Assembly (NCBI GenBank): GCA_028718635.1
Contig: JAQULK010000001.1
Span: 396,818-460,817, forward strand
Reading direction: 5' to 3'
DNA from: Minisyncoccota bacterium
GTDB taxonomy: Bacteria; Patescibacteriota; Minisyncoccia; Phycocordibacterales; UBA9973
Length of the DNA stretch: 64,000 nucleotides
The notes beneath the pieces are model-generated. The model made no database searches. It saw only the letters and a list, made by a program, of their open reading frames with translations, and was not told where the DNA came from. This document shows positions 39,042 through 47,950 of the stretch, in pieces (the stretch's first letter is position 1; every line of letters begins with the position of its first letter). A program made the position numbers and the translations under genes.

Positions 39042-39275
39042 ATGCAAAATGTAACAATTTATTCTACCAATACGTGTCATTTTTGCCACATAGCAAAAGA
39101 TTTTTTTACGGCAAATGGAGTAGTTTTTACAGAATATAATGTAGGAACTGATCAAGAAAAAAGAAAGGAAATGATGGAAAAAAGCGGGCAAATGGGCGTG
39201 CCGGTTATTGTGATCGGGAATGAAATTATCGTGGGTTTTGATCAGTCAAGAATTTCCAAATTACTTGGACTTTAG
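39042..39275 (+). CDS. Glutaredoxin-like (NrdH/Grx)
   Basis: 'CHFC' active site, 77 aa. The ORF-caller's upstream extension is the antisense of tRNA-Gly. Confidence 0.8.
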   Translation: MQNVTIYSTNTCHFCHIAKDFFTANGVVFTEYNVGTDQEKRKEMMEKSGQMGVPVIVIGNEIIVGFDQSRISKLLGL

Positions 39276-39303
39276 TCTATTTCTACTATATGATTGTTCT
39301 GTT

Positions 39304-39375
39304 GCCCTCGTAGTTCAATGGATAGAACAGTTCCGTCCTAAGGAATAGATGCACGTTCGATTCGTACCGAGGGCA
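39304..39375 (+). tRNA. tRNA-Arg (CCU)
   Basis: Acceptor gccctcg/cgagggc, anticodon loop gtCCTaa, T-loop ttcgatt. One C-A mismatch in the T-stem. CCA not encoded. Confidence 0.65.
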
Positions 39376-39433
39376 CAAAAAAGAAAACCTTTTTTAAATT
39401 GGTATTTTTGAATTTTTATGTTAAATTATATCT

Positions 39434-39691
39434 ATGGATCCTGAATCCAAAAAGCTTTTAGAAGATACCCTTGTTCTTGCACAAGAGAACAATAAAATGC
39501 TTCATTCTGTAATGCGTTCCATGCGTCTTGCTCGCATAATGCGCATTATTTATTGGGTTATTATTATCGGTTCTGCTTTGGGTGCTTATTATTTCATCCA
39601 GCCATATATTGATCAATTAATTGGCGTATATAGTGGAGCAAAGAGTGATTTAGATAATGTCGGTTCCTTTTTGAACAAAATACCAAATTAA
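39434..39691 (+). CDS. Small hypothetical membrane protein (1 TM)
   Basis: 'IIYWVIIIGSALGAYYFI' hydrophobic segment. 85 aa. Confidence 0.4.
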   Translation: MDPESKKLLEDTLVLAQENNKMLHSVMRSMRLARIMRIIYWVIIIGSALGAYYFIQPYIDQLIGVYSGAKSDLDNVGSFLNKIPN

Positions 39692-39696
39692 ATATT

Positions 39697-39769
39697 GCCG
39701 AGGTAGCTCAGTGGTAGTAGCGCTTCCCTGAAGAGGAAGATGTCGGCGGTTCGAGCCCGCCCCTCGGCA
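39697..39769 (+). tRNA. tRNA-Phe (GAA)
   Basis: Acceptor gccgagg/cctcggc, anticodon stem cttcc/ggaag with loop ctGAAga, T-arm ggcgg-ttcgagc-ccgcc. Confidence 0.8.
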
Positions 39770-39783
39770 CAAAAAAAGTTTAC

Positions 39784-40269
39784 CTAGATTGATTTCACTT
39801 TGACGGTATTTTTCTTTTCTTTGTCTACTTTTTTAATTTTAATGGTGACTAATCCATGTCTCTCAGTTGCTTCCACTTCTTCTGGCTCCACTTCTAGGGG
39901 AAGCGATATGGTGCGGGAAAACTTTCCCCAATAAAGTTCTTTGGTGAAATAATTTTCATCGTCGATATTTCTATTTTCTTCACGCTTACCGGAAATGGTG
40001 ATAATATCTCGCGCAATTGATAATTCTAGATCTTCCGGCTTAACTCCGGCTATCATTGTTTGCACAACGATATCAGTCGGCGTTTGATAAACGTCGACTG
40101 ACAATTCCGCCTCTTCGTTTTCTTCTTCAATCCAATTGCTGTTTCTTTTGTCTCCGTTGTTTTCTTTTATGTTTTTCAACGAATAATTCTTTCTGTAGGT
40201 TATTTCTTCCTCTTCATTATTTACGCTTCCAGTTAATCTTTCAAAAAAACTTCTTTTTCTATTTTCCAT
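39784..40269 (-). CDS. Hsp20/alpha-crystallin small heat-shock protein
   Basis: 'VDVYQT.TDIVVQTMIAGVKPEDLELSI' ACD core and C-terminal 'GLVTIKI'. Confidence 0.8.
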   Translation of the reverse strand: MENRKRSFFERLTGSVNNEEEEITYRKNYSLKNIKENNGDKRNSNWIEEENEEAELSVDVYQTPTDIVVQTMIAGVKPEDLELSIARDIITISGKREENRNIDDENYFTKELYWGKFSRTISLPLEVEPEEVEATERHGLVTIKIKKVDKEKKNTVKVKSI

Positions 40270-40284
40270 AATTTATTTTGTTAG

Positions 40285-40989
40285 TTAATAATTTTTGCTC
40301 ATTCTTCTTACTTTTTCAAAAAGTAACATTATTATAATTGTGACGACCCACAGAAAAGTTAAAACTTTCAAGGAATCATTTCCATCGTTTCTTATTATAA
40401 AAAAATTAAAGGCGGTATGCAAGGCAATAGCAATCAAAAAACCAACGAAAAGAGAAATATTTTTTTCCCATTTTTTTGCGTAAAAGGAAATTCCTATGGA
40501 AATACCCACAATTCCGCTTGAGATGGCATGAAGCAGATTGGCTCCAAGAAATCTTAAGTTGCCAGTACTCAGGCTCTGGGTGGTGCCGATCGATGCAGGG
40601 AAAATTTTGAGCAAAAATAACATATTTTCAAGAGCGGCAAAGCCCAAAGCTGCGGTAATGATATATATTGGCCAATCGATCGGCTTACTAGCATTGTTTG
40701 TTTTACACAGGATTATCAATACCGCCAAATATTTCAAAATTTCTTCTACACTTGCCCACAATATAAGTTTACCTTCATATGAACCCACATTGTCTTGGAT
40801 AAATTTTTGAATAGGCAAAACCAATATAACCGCTATCATGCCCATAATAAATATTATGGTGACTAATCCTTTAGGTTCAGGATGCTCTTCATCTTCTTTT
40901 AGCCAAAACCAAAGCCATAAAAGAGAGGGGATGATCCCGCCAAAGAATGCTATCAGCAAAGTTTTGGGATCGATTGTTAAGATGGCCAT
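40285..40989 (-). CDS. PrsW-family intramembrane metalloprotease-like membrane protein
   Basis: Multi-TM. 'EEILKY' (EExxK), 'HAISSG' and 'HTAFNF' motifs. Confidence 0.55.
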   Translation of the reverse strand: MAILTIDPKTLLIAFFGGIIPSLLWLWFWLKEDEEHPEPKGLVTIIFIMGMIAVILVLPIQKFIQDNVGSYEGKLILWASVEEILKYLAVLIILCKTNNASKPIDWPIYIITAALGFAALENMLFLLKIFPASIGTTQSLSTGNLRFLGANLLHAISSGIVGISIGISFYAKKWEKNISLFVGFLIAIALHTAFNFFIIRNDGNDSLKVLTFLWVVTIIIMLLFEKVRRMSKNY

Positions 40990-43169
40990 TGTCCAATCAT
41001 TAAAAGTCCCGACCTATGTCGGGATCCCGACTCTGGTCGGGAATTTATAATTTGCCAAATTTCTTCTGTGACGAAAGGCATAAAAGGATGAAGTATTTTT
41101 AAACAATCTTTCCAGATTGAGGCTAAAGCAATTCTTCTTTCATCCGCTTTTTCACCGTTCGTTTTGAGAATCTCTTTTGTTTCCTCAATAATCTGATCAG
41201 CAAACCTGTGCCAAATATATTGGTATATTTTTTCTGACGCCAAATGGAAACGATAATTTTCCATATCAGTCGTTATATCTTCTTTGATTTCTTTAAACTC
41301 TTTTGTTAGTTTATTTTCTATAGTTTTTCCAAAGTTGTTTTCATCCACATTGTCTAAAATAAAACGGGTAATGTTCCAAATTTTATTTGCAAAATTTTTG
41401 TAGCCTTTTATTTTGTCCTCTGAAATTTTACTATCTGTGCCAGGCGCAGTGCCCACGATGAGCGCCATTCGTCCAGCATCGGCTCCGAATTTTTCCGCTA
41501 TATCAATAGGATCAAGCCCGTTATTTAGGGATTTAGACATCTTTCTTCCTTTTGCGTCCCGAACAGTTCCATGAAGGAATATATTTTTGAAAGGGACTTC
41601 ACCCAAAGCATATTCTGACATTAATACCATTCTCGCCACCCAAAAGAAAAGAATATCATAACCAGTTTCTAGGACGTCTGTGGGGTGATAGGTTTTTAGG
41701 TCTCCTGTTTTTTCGGGTTTACCCGCCGTAGTGGAAACGGAGGCGGGCCAGCCTAGAGTGGAAAAAGTCCAAAGTCCGGAAGAAAACCAAGTATCTAAGG
41801 TATCCTCATCTTGTTTCCAATTTTCACCAACAGGAGCTTTTGTGTCGCAATAAACTCCACCTTTACTGTCGTACCAAACTGGAATCCTGTGTCCATACCA
41901 AATTTGCCTTGAAATGCACCAATCGCGTAAATTTTCTATCCAGTGAAAATATGTTTTAGAAAAATAATCCGGAATAATTTTTATTTCTCCCTTGGAGAAT
42001 GGCTCACGCATCAAATCCTTGAGAGTTTTATTACCGCGTTCTTTTATAGGCTTATTTACGTTTATAAACCATTGCAATTTAGGAAGTGGTTCTATTGTTC
42101 CGCCAGTACGTTCAGCGGTAGCGATATTTTGTTTTATTTCTTCTTCTTTTTCTAGTAGATTTTGGGAGCGAAGCCATTCTACAATAATTTTTCTTGCTTC
42201 CGTTGTCTTTTTGCCTAGTAAACTTTCTCCGCCAATAGACATTTTGGCATATTCATTTATGACTTGCGGGCGAGGTAAGTCATGTCTGTCAGCCATTTCC
42301 CAGTCAATCATAGAATGGGCTGGAGTGACTCCAAGTGCTCCGGTGCCAAACTCTGGATCAACTTCTTTGTCAGCTATTATTTTAATATGAATTGGTACTT
42401 CACAAAACTTTAAATCATATTCTTTTCCAATAAATTTCTCATATCTTTTATCGTCAGGATGCACCGCTACAGCGGTGTCGCCGATCTTTGTTTCAGGTCT
42501 GGTGGTTGAAATTGCAATGGGAAATTCGTGGGAATACTTAAAAGTATAAAGCTTCGCTTCGCGTTCCTCATAAACTATTTCATCATCAGAAATTGTGGTT
42601 TGGCCTTTTGGGTCCCAATTTACTATTCTATTACCACGATAGATAAGTTCATCGTCATACATTTTCTTGAATATCGTGTTTACAGCAAGATTTCTTTTAT
42701 CATCTAAAGTAAAAGCTTCACGAGACCAGTCACATGAGGCGCCCATCGTTCTCATCTGCGATGTCATAATATCTCTATTTTTTTCTACAAATTCATCAAT
42801 GCGTTTTAGCAACTTTTCTCTCCCCAAATCATGCCTGGAAAGACCTTCCTTTTTTTGAATTTCTTTTTCAACTTTTGATTGGGTAGCAATGGAGGCATGA
42901 TCTGTTCCGGGCAACCAAAGCGTTTTATATCCTCGCATACGCTTGTAACGAATCATAATGTCTTCGAGCGTTAAAAAAAGGGCATGCCCCATGTGCAAAG
43001 TGCCGGTAGCGTTTGGCGGAGGCATCATGATAGTGAAAGCTTCTTTTTGCTGTCCGTCTTCCTTGCCAGGCAGATTGTCTGGGTTAAAAAAACCGCTTTC
43101 TTCCCAAAGTTTGTAAATTCTTTTTTCTGTATTTTTGGGGTCGTACGGCTTGAGTAACTTTTCGTTCAT
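40977..43169 (-). CDS. valS: Valyl-tRNA synthetase (short form, 730 aa, no C-terminal coiled coil)
   Basis: HIGH 'GTLHMGHA', KMSKS 'RKMSKS'. Two tandem cccgac-N4-gtcggg hairpins lie in the 3' end. Confidence 0.9.
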   Translation of the reverse strand: MNEKLLKPYDPKNTEKRIYKLWEESGFFNPDNLPGKEDGQQKEAFTIMMPPPNATGTLHMGHALFLTLEDIMIRYKRMRGYKTLWLPGTDHASIATQSKVEKEIQKKEGLSRHDLGREKLLKRIDEFVEKNRDIMTSQMRTMGASCDWSREAFTLDDKRNLAVNTIFKKMYDDELIYRGNRIVNWDPKGQTTISDDEIVYEEREAKLYTFKYSHEFPIAISTTRPETKIGDTAVAVHPDDKRYEKFIGKEYDLKFCEVPIHIKIIADKEVDPEFGTGALGVTPAHSMIDWEMADRHDLPRPQVINEYAKMSIGGESLLGKKTTEARKIIVEWLRSQNLLEKEEEIKQNIATAERTGGTIEPLPKLQWFINVNKPIKERGNKTLKDLMREPFSKGEIKIIPDYFSKTYFHWIENLRDWCISRQIWYGHRIPVWYDSKGGVYCDTKAPVGENWKQDEDTLDTWFSSGLWTFSTLGWPASVSTTAGKPEKTGDLKTYHPTDVLETGYDILFFWVARMVLMSEYALGEVPFKNIFLHGTVRDAKGRKMSKSLNNGLDPIDIAEKFGADAGRMALIVGTAPGTDSKISEDKIKGYKNFANKIWNITRFILDNVDENNFGKTIENKLTKEFKEIKEDITTDMENYRFHLASEKIYQYIWHRFADQIIEETKEILKTNGEKADERRIALASIWKDCLKILHPFMPFVTEEIWQIINSRPESGSRHRSGLLMIGQWPS

Positions 43170-43207
43170 AGTTAGATAATATCACATTTATCTTGACTCG
43201 AGAAGGA

Positions 43208-44422
43208 TTAGAGCCTTAAATCACCAATTGCTTTTATGCTATCTAATTTAGGAACTTTCTTTTTATTTTTTATATAATTTAAGTACCCAGCAATCCCGAT
43301 CATTATGGAATTATCTCCAATAAGTCCTTTTGGTGGAAACATAAACTTGATTTTACTTTTAGTAATTTTCTTTATTTCATCTTGCAAATATTTATTTGCT
43401 GCAACCCCTCCGGCAACAATGAGAGTTTTTATATCGTATTTTTCTAAAGCTTTTTTTGTTTTATAGGTTAGACATTCGATGGCGGCGTTCTCAAATTCCA
43501 AAGCAATTTGTTTTTTTGTATTCTGATCGATTTTCTCAATTCCGCCTAGGTCTCTTATTAAATATAAAACTGCCGTTTTAAGACCAGAAAAAGAAAAATT
43601 AAAATCTTTTGTATGCAGCATCGGGCGGGGGAGGGAGAAAGAAAGAGAATCAATCTTTATAGTGTCGCGCGAGAGAGAGAAGCGAGAAACTTGTGCGGAC
43701 TCAGCACGCATAATTTTCTGCTGAAAATTTGCTATGCTCGGCTCGACAGCCTGCGCAATGCTTCCCTCGCACAAGTTTCTCGCTTCTCCAGCTAATTTTG
43801 AAATTTGTGGCCCTCCAGGGTAAGGCAGATCAAGCATTCTGGCTACTTTATCAAAAGCTTCTCCGACTGCATCATCAAGCGTTTTGCCAATGATTTCATA
43901 ATCCATCCACTTTTTCGAAAGTACTAATTGCGTATGTCCGCCAGACACTAGAAGCGTTAGGATTGGTGTTTCCACTTTTTTTATTTTAAAAGTTCCTTTT
44001 TCTTTTCCAAAAACGGAAAGAACATGTCCTTCCATATGATTGACCGGTATCAAGGGCACTTTCCATTTTTGGGCGAGTTCTTTGGCAAAGGCGATTCCGG
44101 TCCAAAGAGACATCTCAAGACCTGGACCATAAGTTATCATTATCGCGTCTATTGGCTTTTTCTTTTTATCTAATTTGGCTTGTTTAAGACAAAGCTCAAG
44201 TAAAATAGGTAGATTCTTGATATGTTCTTGTTTAGCGAGTTTTGGGAAAACACCTCCAAAAGGAATGTGAATATTTATTTGAGAATTTGAATTATTCGCC
44301 AACACTTTAAAGGAAGCATTTGTAATGCCTCCTTTCTTGCCCGCCTTCGGCGGGTGAACTTCCATAATACTTATTGCTGTATCATCGCAAGATGTTTCGA
44401 TGCTTAAGATTTTCATTGTCAT
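43208..44422 (-). CDS. tsaD: tRNA t6A37 threonylcarbamoyladenosine synthase TsaD (Kae1/Gcp), with a ~43-aa in-frame insertion
   Basis: 'HMEGH' metal site, 'GGPQISKLA' and 'DFNFSFSGLKTAV'. Extra ~43 aa between GGP and PRPM. Confidence 0.85.
   Translation of the reverse strand: MTMKILSIETSCDDTAISIMEVHPPKAGKKGGITNASFKVLANNSNSQINIHIPFGGVFPKLAKQEHIKNLPILLELCLKQAKLDKKKKPIDAIMITYGPGLEMSLWTGIAFAKELAQKWKVPLIPVNHMEGHVLSVFGKEKGTFKIKKVETPILTLLVSGGHTQLVLSKKWMDYEIIGKTLDDAVGEAFDKVARMLDLPYPGGPQISKLAGEARNLCEGSIAQAVEPSIANFQQKIMRAESAQVSRFSLSRDTIKIDSLSFSLPRPMLHTKDFNFSFSGLKTAVLYLIRDLGGIEKIDQNTKKQIALEFENAAIECLTYKTKKALEKYDIKTLIVAGGVAANKYLQDEIKKITKSKIKFMFPPKGLIGDNSIMIGIAGYLNYIKNKKKVPKLDSIKAIGDLRL
43672..43800. repeat. 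Family D palindromic element inserted in frame in tsaD (19-bp TIRs gaagcgagaaacttgtgcg / cgcacaagtttctcgcttc)
   Basis: TIRs seen directly. The core shares gctatgctcggctcgacagcctgcgcaatgcttcc with 28173..28300. Confidence 0.65.
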
Positions 44423-44429
44423 ATTCTTG

Positions 44430-44501
44430 TGCGCGATGAGGGGATTGAACCCCCGGCCTACCCCACGTCAAGGGGTCGCTCTACCACTGAGCTAATCGCG
44501 C
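44430..44501 (-). tRNA. tRNA-Val (GAC)
   Basis: Acceptor gcgcgat/atcgcgc, D-arm gctcagtggtagagc, anticodon loop ttGACgt. Confidence 0.8.
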
Positions 44502-44510
44502 ATTTAGACA

Positions 44511-45266
44511 CTATACTACCAATTTCTCTAATGTTTCAAGTTCTTCTTTTGAATTTACACCTAAAGCTTCACGTGGATCTATGTTTATAGATTGTATTTG
44601 ATTTTTTTCTTTCATGGCTATTTTTACTAAATCAGTCAAATAATATTCTTTTTGAGCGTTGTTGGTATTTAATTTTTTAAGATTCTCCCAAAGCCATTTT
44701 GCTTCAAAACAAAAATAACAAGGATTTAACTCCTTTATATTTTTTTCTTCGTCATTAGTATCTTTGAATTGTACATCTTTTACAATGTATCCATTTAGAT
44801 CTCGAATTATGCGAGAAAAATTTTTATAAAATACAGTCCTCCAATCATTAAAATCTTGAACGATAAAAGTGGCCATGGTTATTTTTTTATTAGAAGCTAA
44901 GTGTGTATCTTTTAATTTCTTTATTGTTTCAGGGCTAACAAGTGGGTGATCTCCATAAAGAACCATTATGTGGTCTGCATTATTTTCAAGTATTTTTTGG
45001 GTATTTATTACTGCATGTCCTGTGCCGAGTTGTTCTTCCTGAACCACATAATCATAATTTTTACCAAGGGCTTCCATTACTTTTTCTTTGCCATAGCCGA
45101 CGACAATGATAGGTTTGTCGCTTATTCCAGATTTTTCAATAGATTCGAGCAAATACTCGATCATTATTTTACCCCTTATGGTTTCTAGAACCTTGGGCAA
45201 ATCACTCTGCATCCTTTTACCTTTACCGGCAGCCAAGATTATTATTTTTATTTTATTTTCGCTCAT
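44511..45266 (-). CDS. GlmU-like sugar-1-phosphate nucleotidyltransferase (N-terminal uridyltransferase domain only)
   Basis: 'ILAAGKGKRM' and 'QEEQLGTGHAV' match the GlmU N-domain. No LbH acetyltransferase domain. Confidence 0.7.
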   Translation of the reverse strand: MSENKIKIIILAAGKGKRMQSDLPKVLETIRGKIMIEYLLESIEKSGISDKPIIVVGYGKEKVMEALGKNYDYVVQEEQLGTGHAVINTQKILENNADHIMVLYGDHPLVSPETIKKLKDTHLASNKKITMATFIVQDFNDWRTVFYKNFSRIIRDLNGYIVKDVQFKDTNDEEKNIKELNPCYFCFEAKWLWENLKKLNTNNAQKEYYLTDLVKIAMKEKNQIQSINIDPREALGVNSKEELETLEKLVV

Positions 45267-45270
45267 ACTG

Positions 45271-45342
45271 TGACCCTACCGGGAGTCGGACCCGGATTTA
45301 GTGCTTGAAAAGCACTCGTCCTAACCGTTAGACGATAGGGCC
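45271..45342 (-). tRNA. tRNA-Glu (UUC)
   Basis: Acceptor ggcccta/tagggtc, anticodon stem agtgc/gcact with loop ttTTCaa, T-arm ccggg-tccgact-cccgg. Confidence 0.75.
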
Positions 45343-45416
45343 TTCTTGTTGCTTAAAAACATTAGTATCATAACATTTTTTGAAAAAACTGCAAAAAATG
45401 CTAGATTATCAAACGA

Positions 45417-45498
45417 GGAGGGTTCGCCTAATGGTATGGCACTGGTTTCGAAAACCAGCGGGAGCAATCCCTTACAGGTTCAAGTCCTGTACCCTCCG
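45417..45498 (+). tRNA. tRNA-Ser (CGA), long variable arm
   Basis: Acceptor ggagggt/accctcc, anticodon stem ctggt/accag with loop ttCGAaa, 15-nt variable arm, T-arm acagg-ttcaagt-cctgt. Confidence 0.75.
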
Positions 45499-45511
45499 CA
45501 AATACTTTTCT

Positions 45512-45553
45512 ACTTGTGCAACATCCGATGTTGCACAAGTTTATTTTGCTTTT
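45512..45553. terminator. Intrinsic terminator (13-bp stem acttgtgcaacat/atgttgcacaagt) after tRNA-Ser, overlapping the trxB stop
   Basis: Hairpin followed by ttattttgctttt. Confidence 0.6.
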
Positions 45554-46545
45554 AGAGTAATATAGATATCTTCTATGGCGCGGACGGCATCGCCGGCTGC
45601 GATGAGGTTTTGATGATAGTGAATATTAGTGCAGTCCCCAGCAGCCCAAATTCCAAGGACTTCTGTTTTTTGGGACCAAGCATCTATTTTTACTTTACCT
45701 ATTTCATCTAAAGGAACCAAATCTTTTACAAAGTCAGTATTTGGAATCTGTCCGATTTCTACGAAAATGCCTGCTACTTTTAATTCTTTTTGTTCTCCGG
45801 AAATTTTATCCTTATAAATTATTCCTTCTACAAATTTATCGCCCTGTATTTCTAAAATATCAGCATTTTTTATTATTTTTATTTTTGGATTTTTTAAAAT
45901 TTTATCAATTGTAGTTTGGTCAGCGCGAAAAGAGTCGCTTCTGATTATAAGCGTGACAGATTTACAATATGCTAAAAGCTGGGAGGCTGATCCGAAAGCG
46001 GCATTACCTCCGCCGATCACAGCCACATCCATGTCTGCAAAAAGTGGACCATCACAACTGGCGCAGTAGGTAAGGCCTTTGTGCTCTAAAGTATCTGCAT
46101 TCTTAGCGGTGAGTTTTCTGTGTCCACTGCCGCTCCCTATTAAAATTGTTTTAGTTTCAAATTCCTTTCCAGATTCTGTTTTTACAGAAAAAAAGGAAGC
46201 AAGGCTTCCTTCAGCTCTTCCTTCAGCTGAAGGAAGCCTTGCTTCCTTTTTTTTAATTGCTGTTACTTTTTCGCCTTCTTTTACTTCTAGACTTTCTCCC
46301 ACATTTTCTAAAACATGTTTTTTAAAATTTTCTGCAAGTTGTGCTCCGGAGATAGCAGGGGATCCTATCCAATTTTTAATTTCTTCTGAAGCTATGCTCT
46401 GCCCACCCCACTCTGAAATAACAAAAAGTGTCTTCAGTTTCTTTCGAGCTGCGTAAACAGCCGCTGCGCTCCCAGCCGGCCCACCTCCAATAATTATTAG
46501 ATCGTAAATCATTTGCATATTATACATCATGAATAGGAATTTCAA
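45541..46545 (-). CDS. trxB: Thioredoxin-disulfide reductase with an in-frame palindromic insertion
   Basis: 'IIGGGPAGSAAAVYAAR' FAD site, 'CASCDG' redox centre. Extra 'KKEARLPSAEGRAEGSLASFF' segment. Confidence 0.85.
   Translation of the reverse strand: MKFLFMMYNMQMIYDLIIIGGGPAGSAAAVYAARKKLKTLFVISEWGGQSIASEEIKNWIGSPAISGAQLAENFKKHVLENVGESLEVKEGEKVTAIKKKEARLPSAEGRAEGSLASFFSVKTESGKEFETKTILIGSGSGHRKLTAKNADTLEHKGLTYCASCDGPLFADMDVAVIGGGNAAFGSASQLLAYCKSVTLIIRSDSFRADQTTIDKILKNPKIKIIKNADILEIQGDKFVEGIIYKDKISGEQKELKVAGIFVEIGQIPNTDFVKDLVPLDEIGKVKIDAWSQKTEVLGIWAAGDCTNIHYHQNLIAAGDAVRAIEDIYITLKAK
46187..46253. repeat. Family G 21-bp-arm perfect palindrome flanked by A7/T9, inserted in frame in trxB
   Basis: aaaaaaa-ggaagcaaggcttccttcagc-tcttccttca-gctgaaggaagccttgcttcc-ttttttttt. 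Confidence 0.7.
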
Positions 46546-46550
46546 AATAA

Positions 46551-46633
46551 ACTTTTGCAGGGGTTTTCCGAGCGACGGCGAGGAAACTTCAGGAATTTTT
46601 AAGCTTAAAAAATTCCGTACCGGAAAAAGTTTA
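46551..46633 (-). repeat. Family C element, copy 4 (minus orientation), between ftsZ and trxB
   Basis: Reverse complement reads aactttttccggtacgg-GGAATTTTTT-aagctt-AAAAATTCC-tgaagtt...aaaacccctgcaaaagtt. Confidence 0.7.
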
Positions 46634-46645
46634 ATTTTGGAATTC

Positions 46646-47851
46646 CTATTTCTTGTTGCGTCTCAAGAATGCTGGAACAGCGCTCCAGTCATCGCCATCA
46701 TCTTCTATGATATCTTCTTTGGTTTCTTTTTTTTCTATCTTTTTTATAAAATCATTATTGTGGATATTTGTACTGTGGGTATTGTGCAGATTGCTTTGGA
46801 TAGTATTGTGAATTTCTTTTTTTACTACTGCTGGAGTTTCATCTTTTAAAAGCTGGCCTGCTGTTGTTCCACTAAAAAGATTCTTGCGAGGCATATCGGC
46901 AGGGAACGAAGTGGCGATAACAGTGACTTTGATTTCTCCTTTTTTTAATTTTTCATCTCGGATTGTTCCAAAGATTACTTTAGCATCTTTATCGATTGAC
47001 TCTGTGATAATTTTTGCAGCTTCCTGAATTTCATTGATAGTCAAATCATCACCGCCAGAAATAGCAAACAATACTCCCTTGGCGCCGTGGATGGAGACCT
47101 CAAGAAGAGGTGAATTGATAGCGGCCAAAGCTGCTTTTTCAGCACGTTTCTCGCCAGAAGATGCGCCGATACCCATAAGTGCCGAGCCGGCGTTTGACAT
47201 TACAGCTCTAATGTCTGCAAAATCAACATTGATAATACCTGGAGTGGTAATCAAATCGGAAATTCCTTCTACGGCTTGGCGCAAGATATCATCGCATTTT
47301 GCAAAAGCGTCTTTGAAGTTAGTGTTTTTATCAGTCAATTGAAGTAATTTGTCGTTCGGAATAATAATGATCGCATCCACTTCTTTAGCCAAATCCTCAA
47401 TTCCTTTTTCCGCTATTTTCATACGGTGATTTCCTTCAAAAAAGAAAGGCTTGGTAGTGACTGCTACGGTCAAGATTCCTTGTTCTCTCGCTGCGCGAGC
47501 GACGATAGGAGCAGCTCCTGTGCCGGTGCCTCCACCCATTCCACAAGCAAGAAAAATCATGTCCGCCCCTTTGATGACGTCTTGGATTTCAGATTTTGTT
47601 TCTTCGGCTGCCTTTTTCCCAACTTCTGGATCCATGCCTGCGCCAAGACCCTTGGTAAGATTTTTTCCGATATGAATTTTTTTCTCAGCGAGGGAGTGGT
47701 GCAAGTCTTGAGTGTCAGTATTCATACAGATAAAAGAGACACCTTTGACTTTAGAATTTATCATATGGTTCACCGCGTTCTTGCCTGATCCACCGATTCC
47801 GATGACCATAATGCGAGCAAAACTTTGTATTTCTTGGTTTATTTTTGGCAT
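46646..47851 (-). CDS. ftsZ: Cell division GTPase FtsZ
   Basis: 'GGGTGTGAAPIVA' tubulin signature. Confidence 0.95.
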   Translation of the reverse strand: MPKINQEIQSFARIMVIGIGGSGKNAVNHMINSKVKGVSFICMNTDTQDLHHSLAEKKIHIGKNLTKGLGAGMDPEVGKKAAEETKSEIQDVIKGADMIFLACGMGGGTGTGAAPIVARAAREQGILTVAVTTKPFFFEGNHRMKIAEKGIEDLAKEVDAIIIIPNDKLLQLTDKNTNFKDAFAKCDDILRQAVEGISDLITTPGIINVDFADIRAVMSNAGSALMGIGASSGEKRAEKAALAAINSPLLEVSIHGAKGVLFAISGGDDLTINEIQEAAKIITESIDKDAKVIFGTIRDEKLKKGEIKVTVIATSFPADMPRKNLFSGTTAGQLLKDETPAVVKKEIHNTIQSNLHNTHSTNIHNNDFIKKIEKKETKEDIIEDDGDDWSAVPAFLRRNKK

Positions 47852-47950
47852 ATTTTATACTTAAAAATGATTAGGTTTATATAGAATCATACTAGCACTA
47901 GCGCAAAAAAAAGCAAACCCCCACAACTTATGAAATAAGTGTGGGGCAAC

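Noticed and set aside
46079-46456. Plus-strand ORF of 125 aa overlapping trxB
   Set aside because: It is the mirror reading of the trxB palindrome on the opposite strand of a well-supported gene, with no independent support.
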